DNA of 64,000 nucleotides, from assembly GCA_964538575.1 (NCBI GenBank), contig CAZIGG010000001.1:1074-65073 (forward strand), in the 5' to 3' direction. The DNA is from an uncultured Roseivirgaceae bacterium. Its GTDB lineage: Bacteria > Bacteroidota > Bacteroidia > Cytophagales > Cyclobacteriaceae. Shown piece after piece: positions 1-7,518 of the stretch (within the stretch, counting starts at the first letter, position 1; each line of letters opens with the position of its first letter). Both the position numbers and the translations under genes were made by a program. A model generated the notes under the pieces. That model did not search any database. It was not told the origin of the DNA and worked only from the letters and a program-made list of their open reading frames with translations.

Positions 1-99
1 TTCTTCTCTTTTCTCCTCTTCCTGCTCCATGCACGAATGTACAGTTGATTGTGATCGTAATAAATTACTTTTACGGTTCGCGACATAAGCTGTCAGAAG

Positions 100-999
100 A
101 TGTTACGCTACACACCCACACCCACGCAGGAAATACACGATCCTATTCTGGATAAGGCTGGTGTCCGGCTGCTCATCAAGCGTGAAGATTTAAATCATCC
201 TTACGTTTCCGGAAATAAGTGGTGGAAGCTGAAGTGCAATTTGGAAGAAGCAAAAAAACAGAGTAAGAAAACACTTTTAACATTTGGCGGAGCGTACTCT
301 AATCACATTTTTGCTACGGCTGCTGCCGCTCATGAGTTAGGGTTCGAATCCATTGGCGTAATACGGGGTGAAGAAACGCTCCCGTTAAATCATACACTTT
401 CGTTTGCAAAACGAATGGGCATGAAATTGCACTATGTTTCACGCGGGCAATACCGAAAAAAAACCGAACAGGAATTTATTGATCAGCTTCATCAGCAATT
501 CGGAAACTTCTACTTGATCCCGGAAGGCGGAACAAATGAATTTGCGGTTCGGGGATGTACAGAATTTGCAGGGATACTGGGCAATAATTTTGACTATGTG
601 TGCTGTTCGGTAGGAACGGGCGGAACATTGGCCGGAATTATAAACGGATTACCTAATAAAAGCATCCTTGGCTTTTCTGCTTTAAAAGGAGGTGAGTTTT
701 TACAATCAGATGTTGAGCACTTGTTAACCTCTGAGCAATCCTCCGACTGGAAAATCATTACCGGCTACCCTTTTGGAGGCTATGGAAAAACAACCCCCGC
801 ATTAGAAGAATTCAAAAATGATTTTGAAAGAAAAAATAATATTCCGCTGGACCCGGTGTATACCGTAAAGATGATTGCAGGTGTTTTTGATCTGGTTCAA
901 AAGGGGTTCTTTAAAACGGGCAGCACTGTTTTGGCATTGCATACCGGAGGACTTCAGGGAAAAATCATTACCCGAACAAATCCTGAAAAACTTCGGTAA
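100..999 (+). CDS. PLP-dependent ACC deaminase / D-cysteine desulfhydrase family protein
   Basis: 299-aa ORF from ATG. Family-typical REDLNHPxxSGNKWWKLK region and C-terminal LHTGG. The 3' end overlaps the radA 3' end by 32 nt (convergent). Confidence 0.75.
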   Translation: MLRYTPTPTQEIHDPILDKAGVRLLIKREDLNHPYVSGNKWWKLKCNLEEAKKQSKKTLLTFGGAYSNHIFATAAAAHELGFESIGVIRGEETLPLNHTLSFAKRMGMKLHYVSRGQYRKKTEQEFIDQLHQQFGNFYLIPEGGTNEFAVRGCTEFAGILGNNFDYVCCSVGTGGTLAGIINGLPNKSILGFSALKGGEFLQSDVEHLLTSEQSSDWKIITGYPFGGYGKTTPALEEFKNDFERKNNIPLDPVYTVKMIAGVFDLVQKGFFKTGSTVLALHTGGLQGKIITRTNPEKLR

Positions 1000-2341
1000 G
1001 CTTACCGAACGATTTAACGGTGATCTTTAATTTCTTTAAATCAACGGATCGCTGGCTGTAGCGCGAAATGTATATCTCTGTGAAGCCAAGCTTCTCCGCT
1101 TCCGAAATGCGTTGGTCTACTCGGTTTACCGCACGAAGCTCTCCGCCTAACCCTATTTCCGCTGCAAAACAAACTTTTTCCGATACCGCCAGCTCCTCAA
1201 AAGAGGAGACAATGGATACACAAACCGCCAGATCAATGGCCGGATCTTCCACCTTAATGCCACCGGCCATGTTTACAAACACATCCTGAACCCCTAACCG
1301 GAATCCGCACCGCTTCTCCAGCACGGCCAGCAGCATGTTCAATCTTTTTTGATCGAACCCGGTAGGCGTTCGCTGAGGCGTACCATAAGATGCCGGACTT
1401 ACCAGCGATTGAATCTCAATCAACAGCGGCCTGTTGCCTTCAATGGTTGCACCGATGGTTGCACCGCTTACCGGGCTGTCTTTCTGAGAAATTAAAATTT
1501 CAGACGGGTTGGATACTTCCCGTAATCCAGAAGCCAGCATTTCATAAATGCCAATCTCTGAGGTTGATCCAAACCTGTTCTTGGTTGTCCGGAGAATCCG
1601 GTAGGCGAGATGCCGGTCGCCTTCAAACTGGAGGACGGTGTCAACCATGTGTTCAAGCACTTTCGGGCCGGCCAGCATGCCGTCTTTGGTTATGTGTCCC
1701 ACCAGAAAAACGGGTGTATCTGTTTCTTTCGCAAATTTCATCAGCTCGGCAGCACATTGCCGCACCTGGGCAATGCTTCCGGCAACAGAGTCAAGCAGCG
1801 AGGAACTTAAGGTTTGAATTGAGTCAACAATAACAACATCAGGTTGTAATGATTCTATCGATGAAAAAATATTCTTCGTATTGGTCTCTGTTAGAATGTA
1901 ACATGAATCATTACCGGCAGATGTCATTCGTTCGGCCCGCATCTTTATTTGCTGATCGCTTTCTTCTCCTGACACATACAGCACTTTCGCCCCGGCAAGC
2001 GTTAACGCAAGCTGCAGCATCAGGGTTGATTTTCCGATACCGGGTTCGCCTCCTATTAAAATCAACGATCCCGGGACAATCCCGCCTCCCAATACGCGGT
2101 TCAGTTCCTCATCGTGCGTTATAATGCGAAGCTCGTTAGCGGCTTCGACTTGCGAGATTTGTTTAGCCTTGCTTCGTTCAGCTTTTGTTTGCTGACGCCA
2201 CTCGGTTTTGGTGTTTTCTTCCTTTTGAATAACTTCTTCAACAAAAGAATTCCACGTACCGCACGAAGGACATTTTCCAAGCCACTTAGGGGACTCATGT
2301 CCGCATTGCTGACAGAAAAAAGTTGATTTTGCTTTAGCCAC
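968..2341 (-). CDS. radA: DNA repair protein RadA (Sms)
   Basis: 457-aa ORF with GTG start. N-terminal zinc ribbon CQQCGH..CPSCGTW, Walker A GEPGIGKST, RadA-specific KNRFG motif, Lon-like C-terminal domain. Confidence 0.95.
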   Translation of the reverse strand: MAKAKSTFFCQQCGHESPKWLGKCPSCGTWNSFVEEVIQKEENTKTEWRQQTKAERSKAKQISQVEAANELRIITHDEELNRVLGGGIVPGSLILIGGEPGIGKSTLMLQLALTLAGAKVLYVSGEESDQQIKMRAERMTSAGNDSCYILTETNTKNIFSSIESLQPDVVIVDSIQTLSSSLLDSVAGSIAQVRQCAAELMKFAKETDTPVFLVGHITKDGMLAGPKVLEHMVDTVLQFEGDRHLAYRILRTTKNRFGSTSEIGIYEMLASGLREVSNPSEILISQKDSPVSGATIGATIEGNRPLLIEIQSLVSPASYGTPQRTPTGFDQKRLNMLLAVLEKRCGFRLGVQDVFVNMAGGIKVEDPAIDLAVCVSIVSSFEELAVSEKVCFAAEIGLGGELRAVNRVDQRISEAEKLGFTEIYISRYSQRSVDLKKLKITVKSFGKLTEVFQDLFG

Positions 2342-2353
2342 TAATATAAAATT

Positions 2354-2369
2354 TTGTACTAAAGTACAA
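2354..2369. promoter_or_regulatory. perfect 16-bp palindrome upstream of radA (candidate operator)
   Basis: TTGTACT-AA-AGTACAA, 13-28 nt upstream of the radA GTG. Contains a near-consensus -7 box on the minus strand (TACTTTAG). A second inverted repeat, ACAAGTA 2366-2372 / TACTTGT 2382-2388, overlaps it. Confidence 0.45.
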
Positions 2370-2512
2370 GTAAGTTAAGACTACTTGTGTCTGAAAATTA
2401 AATGAGTCTTTGATGGGGAAGCTAAGCCAAAGCCCCTAAGGATTTTCAATTAACGGCAACAACAACGCAGAAGTGATATAAAAAATCATTCTACACTTAA
2501 CAAACAATTATC

Positions 2513-2520
2513 TAACTTTG
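2513..2520 (+). promoter_or_regulatory. -7 box TAACTTTG
   Basis: Exact TAnnTTTG, 32 nt upstream of the ATG at 2553. Confidence 0.4.
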
Positions 2521-2552
2521 CCTGCAAATCCTAATTTCTAAACCTATTCTGC

Positions 2553-4553
2553 ATGAAAACAACGGTGGCTGCCGTGGCCTTCACCCTAATCTGCTCTATT
2601 GCATTCTCTCAAAAAGAGCCAATTAAATTTGGCGACATCCCGCTGGAAGATCTTCAAATGAAAAGCTACGATAAAGATACCACAGCCGAAGCCGTGGTTC
2701 TGACCGATTTCGGAGAAACAAACTTTGTATATTCTCCCACCAAAGGCTGGCAGCTAAATTTTGAACGCACTATCCGAATAAAAATTCTGACCAAGGAAGG
2801 ATATTCCTGGGCTGATTTTAGAATTCCATTGTATAAAAGCGGAAGTGATAGTGAGAAAATCAGCGGACTCAAAGCATACACCTATAACCTCGAAAATGGT
2901 AAAGTAGTAGAAACCAAAATGAAAAGTGATGCGGTTTTCGAAGAGCAAAGTTCCGCTAACCTCAAACTGACAAAATTTACACTGCCCAATGTTAAGGAGG
3001 GAAGCGTGGTTGATGTCACCTATAAAATATCCTCAGATTTTATTTTTAACTATCAGGATTGGGCGTTTCAGTCAACTATTCCTACCCGCTACAGTGAATA
3101 CCGCGCATCCTTTCCGGAATTTTTCTTCTATGAAACGCTTATGCAAGGCTATATTCCTTTAGCTATAAACGAGAAAAAACAATTTATTCAAAAATTTACA
3201 GTCCCCTATCAATCTGATCCTGGTGCAGGCGGGAAAATTGATAAGGGAACCTATGAGTTAAACTCAAATGGATCCCGTTATCGCTGGGCCGCCCAAAACG
3301 TTCCGGCTTTTAAAGAAGAACCCTATTTAACTACCGTTCAGGACTACATTTCCAAAATAAATTTTGAGCTCAACTATGTGAAGTACCCTTCCCAGCCGGT
3401 TAAGAACTACATGGGGTCGTGGGCAGACCTCAACAACATGTTCCTTGAAAACCAATACTTTGGGCAACCCGTACGAGGATCGGGTTTTCTTACAAAAACA
3501 GCAGAAGGCCTAACAGCCCATACAGCAACAGAGCAGGAGAAGGTTGCGGCTATTTATGCGTACGTTAAGTCTGCTGTTATCTGGGACGGACGTTACCGTC
3601 TTTACCTGGACGATAACCTGAAAAATCCAATCAACAATAAAAAAGGAAGTTCCGCAGAGATCAACCTATTACTAGTTTCATTGCTTCAAAAGGCTGGTTT
3701 AAAAGCTGATCCCGTATTAATCAGCACACGCAAACACGGATTTATCAGAGAGCAATTTGCGTTATCCTCGCAGTTTAATTCAGTCATCTGTGTCGTAACG
3801 GTCGATAACAAGAAAATTCTTCTTGACGCAACCCATCAGTATTTGCCCGCTTCGCTTTTACCCGAGGAGTGCCTCAACGGTAAGGGGTACATCATTTCAA
3901 AAGAATCGCCAGGCTGGGTCAACATAACGGCTCCGAAATCTAAAAAATATACATTGGCAGAGATCACGATTGATGAAGGTCAACTCAAAGGAAAAATAAG
4001 TACCACAAATGACAATTATGAAGCATTCAGCATTCGCAAATCTTATTATAAAGAGGGTGAAGCAGAGTATTTGAAGCATTGGGGTGAGGCAACAATTGAT
4101 GTGGTGAAGGCTGAGTTCGAGAATATGGATAAAATTAATCTTTCTGTAAAGGAGAACATAGTTTTCGAGCATCAAGACAAGGTAGAAGAGGCATCAATCC
4201 TCTACATAAACCCAATGCTTCACTTTCAGGTAAGGGAGAATCCGTTTAAAACAGAAACACGCGTTTATCCGGTCAATTTTGGAAGAAGCACAGAACAAAC
4301 TTTTGTCTGCCGGATAACCATTCCTGAAAATTACCAGGTAGACGAGATGCCACAAAACAAAATTACAGCGCTTCCTGATAACGGTGGCAAGTTCTTGTAT
4401 AGCGCTCAGGTTATCGGAAACGCAGTAACCATTACTTCAGTTGTTGCTATTAATCAGCCCTTGTTTATTCAGGATGAATATCCAGCCCTGCGGGAATTCT
4501 TTAACCTGATTGTGGCTAAGCATGCCGAACAGGTTGTGCTGAAGAAAAAATAA
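2553..4553 (+). CDS. secreted DUF3857/transglutaminase-like/DUF3858-type protein, Cys-less paralog
   Basis: 666-aa ORF with signal peptide. Collinear with the downstream paralog, but the position aligned to its Cys nucleophile reads Ser (KKGSSAEINLLLVSLLQKAGLKA). Confidence 0.65.
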   Translation: MKTTVAAVAFTLICSIAFSQKEPIKFGDIPLEDLQMKSYDKDTTAEAVVLTDFGETNFVYSPTKGWQLNFERTIRIKILTKEGYSWADFRIPLYKSGSDSEKISGLKAYTYNLENGKVVETKMKSDAVFEEQSSANLKLTKFTLPNVKEGSVVDVTYKISSDFIFNYQDWAFQSTIPTRYSEYRASFPEFFFYETLMQGYIPLAINEKKQFIQKFTVPYQSDPGAGGKIDKGTYELNSNGSRYRWAAQNVPAFKEEPYLTTVQDYISKINFELNYVKYPSQPVKNYMGSWADLNNMFLENQYFGQPVRGSGFLTKTAEGLTAHTATEQEKVAAIYAYVKSAVIWDGRYRLYLDDNLKNPINNKKGSSAEINLLLVSLLQKAGLKADPVLISTRKHGFIREQFALSSQFNSVICVVTVDNKKILLDATHQYLPASLLPEECLNGKGYIISKESPGWVNITAPKSKKYTLAEITIDEGQLKGKISTTNDNYEAFSIRKSYYKEGEAEYLKHWGEATIDVVKAEFENMDKINLSVKENIVFEHQDKVEEASILYINPMLHFQVRENPFKTETRVYPVNFGRSTEQTFVCRITIPENYQVDEMPQNKITALPDNGGKFLYSAQVIGNAVTITSVVAINQPLFIQDEYPALREFFNLIVAKHAEQVVLKKK

Positions 4554-4622
4554 GCGTTTGGAACATATTGAACTAATACTATTCTTGAACACTATTCATT
4601 ACCTGAAATAAAATATATCTGT

Positions 4623-6533
4623 ATGCGCATGTTGTGTTGGCTTGTGTTGGCTTTTAATGCATTGAGTGTATTTGCCAACGACCCTAAATTTCCGGTGAGT
4701 TCTATTGCGGAAGAACTGAAAAAGAACGCTGACATTGTTGTGCGTCAGGATCAAATGAAGTTTACCATACTTTCCAAAAGCAAGGCAAATCTGCGTGTTT
4801 ATGAGGTCTTTACAATTTTTAACGATAAAGGAAAGGATCATGCCACGAAGGTGATTGGCTACGACAAACTCAGTAAAGTAGTAAGTTTTAAAGCAACAGC
4901 TTACGATGCTTCTGGCAGTATAATAAAAAAGCTTAAGAACAGTGAAATCTATGATCAAAGTGCCTTCGATGGCTTTAGCCTTTATAGCGATAACCGTTTA
5001 AAAGCTGCCGTTTTAACACAGGGTTTATATCCGTACACCGTGGAATTTGAGTATGAAATAGAATACAAATATCTTTTCATAATTCCCGGATTTATCCTGC
5101 TTCCGGAAGAGCGCATGTCGGTTGAGCATTCTTCATGCGAATTGATATATCCAAAGGATCTTAAACCGCGATTCAGACTTTCCAATATCGAAAAATCGCC
5201 CGTTGTTACTACGTTGAAAGACGGGACAGAATCTACGCGCTGGGAATTTGCCAACATTCTGCCAATCAAATTCGAGCCGATGGGGCCACCAAAAAGTGAC
5301 CTTGTTTCAAGCATTTCTGCTGCACCTTCGCAATTCGAATTCGAGGGTTACTTAGGTACCATGAATTCCTGGGAAGAATTCGGGATTTGGATTAATTCAC
5401 TCAACAACGGCAGAAATATTCTTCCGGAAGAAACCCGGCAAAAGGTTCTGAAACTTGTGGCCGGTAAAACCACAACCGAAGAAAAAGTAAAGGCCATTTA
5501 TGAATATATGCAAGGCAGAACCCGCTATGTAAGTATCCAGTTGGGCATTGGGGGATTTCAGCCGTTTGAAGCTTCGGTTGTAGACCGGACAGGTTATGGC
5601 GACTGCAAGGCGTTATCGAATTACATGGTTTCCATGCTTGATGTGGCCGGCATTAAAGCTCATTACGCACTCATTCGTGCAGGAAGAGGAGCGGCTGACA
5701 TGAAGCGCGATTTTCCAAGTTCTCAATTTAACCATGCCGTAGCCGCGGTGCCCAATGGTAAAGACACGCTTTGGTTAGAATGTACAAGCCAGACAAATCC
5801 TTTCGGATACATTGGAACATTTACGGGTGATCGGGAAGCTTTAATCATCACCGAATCAGGCGCCCAAATTGTAAAAACAACTTCATATCCCGATCAGGTT
5901 AATGTTCAATCCAGGCTGGCTGATGTTTATGTAATAAATACGGGAGATGCTACTGCTAAAGTGAAGACCATTTACTCCGGTCTGCAATATGAAAACAGGA
6001 ACCTGGATGGTATCTTAAATAATCAATATGACCTTCAAAAGAAGTGGGTCATGAACACGACCGACATTCCAAGCTTTGATGTTAAGTCGTTTAAGTTTGA
6101 GAATCAAAAAGATAAAATTCCTTCCGCCACTGTTAGTCTTGATTTATCGCTTAGAAAGTTTGCTACAGTGAGTGGTAAACGATTAATGTTAACTCCCAAT
6201 CTGATGAACCGAAGCACATTCATCCCGGAAAAATTAGAGGATAGAAAAACTGATATACTCGAAAAATTCGGATATGTGGATCATGACACGATTCGCTATC
6301 ATATACCCGATGAAATTTACCCGGAAGTTCTTCCGAAAGCTGTTAAAATATCATCACGGTTTGGCGAGTATGAATCCACGTATACGCTCGATCAGGGACT
6401 TGTGGTTTATACGCGAAAGTTGACGATAAACAAAGGCAGATTCCCGGCAAGCTCATACCAGGAGCTTACTGACTTTTATAAGTCTATCAACAGGGCCGAT
6501 AATGCTAAACTGGTCTTTTTGAATAAAACCTGA
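4623..6533 (+). CDS. secreted DUF3857 + transglutaminase-like cysteine peptidase-fold protein
   Basis: 636-aa ORF with signal peptide. Transglutaminase-core motif TGYGDCKALSNYMVSML with the Cys present. Followed by a rho-independent terminator. Confidence 0.7.
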   Translation: MRMLCWLVLAFNALSVFANDPKFPVSSIAEELKKNADIVVRQDQMKFTILSKSKANLRVYEVFTIFNDKGKDHATKVIGYDKLSKVVSFKATAYDASGSIIKKLKNSEIYDQSAFDGFSLYSDNRLKAAVLTQGLYPYTVEFEYEIEYKYLFIIPGFILLPEERMSVEHSSCELIYPKDLKPRFRLSNIEKSPVVTTLKDGTESTRWEFANILPIKFEPMGPPKSDLVSSISAAPSQFEFEGYLGTMNSWEEFGIWINSLNNGRNILPEETRQKVLKLVAGKTTTEEKVKAIYEYMQGRTRYVSIQLGIGGFQPFEASVVDRTGYGDCKALSNYMVSMLDVAGIKAHYALIRAGRGAADMKRDFPSSQFNHAVAAVPNGKDTLWLECTSQTNPFGYIGTFTGDREALIITESGAQIVKTTSYPDQVNVQSRLADVYVINTGDATAKVKTIYSGLQYENRNLDGILNNQYDLQKKWVMNTTDIPSFDVKSFKFENQKDKIPSATVSLDLSLRKFATVSGKRLMLTPNLMNRSTFIPEKLEDRKTDILEKFGYVDHDTIRYHIPDEIYPEVLPKAVKISSRFGEYESTYTLDQGLVVYTRKLTINKGRFPASSYQELTDFYKSINRADNAKLVFLNKT

Positions 6534-6562
6534 TATTGACCAAGCGGTCCACCTTAAAAAAT

Positions 6563-6590
6563 GAGCGCTCCGGAGGCGCTCTTTTGTTTT
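6563..6590 (+). terminator. rho-independent terminator after the transglutaminase-like pair
   Basis: GC-rich stem GAGCGC(T)/(G)GCGCTC around a 5-nt loop, followed by TTTTGTTTT. Lies 30 nt after the stop at 6533. Confidence 0.75.
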
Positions 6591-6636
6591 GTGCTAACCG
6601 ATCCTTACTTAACTTACATGCTCAGAAAATGACCAC

Positions 6637-7518
6637 ATGTTTTTCCTGAGACTTATATCGCGTGTGCCCTTAGGCTTCCTGTATGTGTTGTCTGATGTTC
6701 TTTTTTTCCTGGGATATTATGTCTTCCCGTATCGTAAAAAGCTGGTGCGGAAAAATCTTAGAAATTCATTCCCGGAAAAAACAAAAACAGAGCGCAGAAA
6801 AATTGAACGCTTATTTTACAGAAACCTTTGCGATTATGCTGTTGAAACGCTCAAGCTGCTAACCATAAGCCGGGATGAGCTAAGCAAACGGGTTGTTTTT
6901 ACCAACCCGGAAATCATAACGGCCTGCCGCGAAAGGAACCTCCCCGTTATCAGTCTCGCTTCTCACCAATTTAACTGGGAGTGGCTTTTGGCTGCGGGGA
7001 ATCTTCATTTCGAAACTGATTTTGTTTATCAACCCATCAATACCAAGCTTACCGATAAATTGCTGTTGGCCTGCCGCACACATTTTGGTGGTTATGCGAT
7101 AAAGCGCAACGATCTGGGCAGGGAAATGGTGAAACGAAGAAATCTCTGGCGGTTGATTGCGATCGTTTCTGATCAATATCCGGGGCGGAAAAAAGATAAG
7201 AGATATATTACCCGGTTTCTCAACCAGGAAACCGCATTCTTTCAGGCTCCTAACCAGCTTGCGTCCTTAACGCAGTACCCCATTGTTTTCAGCGCTATCC
7301 GGAAAGTAAGGCGCGGCTTTTATGAAGCAACATTTATTCCGCTGGCCGAACCGCCTTATACAAAGGATGAGGAAAAAGTAATTGACCGGTATATACAGGT
7401 AGCGGAAGAAATAATCAAAGAATATCCTGCGGGCTGGCTGTGGTCACATAACCGTTGGAAGAACCGGCACCTTACGCAAGCATCTGCGAAATATCCTCCC
7501 GTGTCAACTGCTTCATAA
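6637..7518 (+). CDS. lysophospholipid / lipid A (LpxL-HtrB family) acyltransferase
   Basis: 293-aa ORF. HX4(D/E)-type motif SHQFNWEW and C-terminal WLWSHNRWK typical of the family. The last ~15 codons run antisense into the SNF2 gene. Confidence 0.7.
   Translation: MFFLRLISRVPLGFLYVLSDVLFFLGYYVFPYRKKLVRKNLRNSFPEKTKTERRKIERLFYRNLCDYAVETLKLLTISRDELSKRVVFTNPEIITACRERNLPVISLASHQFNWEWLLAAGNLHFETDFVYQPINTKLTDKLLLACRTHFGGYAIKRNDLGREMVKRRNLWRLIAIVSDQYPGRKKDKRYITRFLNQETAFFQAPNQLASLTQYPIVFSAIRKVRRGFYEATFIPLAEPPYTKDEEKVIDRYIQVAEEIIKEYPAGWLWSHNRWKNRHLTQASAKYPPVSTAS

Noticed and set aside
7472-7518. Convergent coding overlaps (968-999, 7472-7518, 29151-29154, 57685-57688) considered as signs of frameshift or misassembly.
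   Set aside because: In each case both proteins are full-length with their family-typical C-termini. The overlapping tails are short, non-conserved extensions past the last motif. Tail-to-tail overlap appears to be normal for this compact genome.
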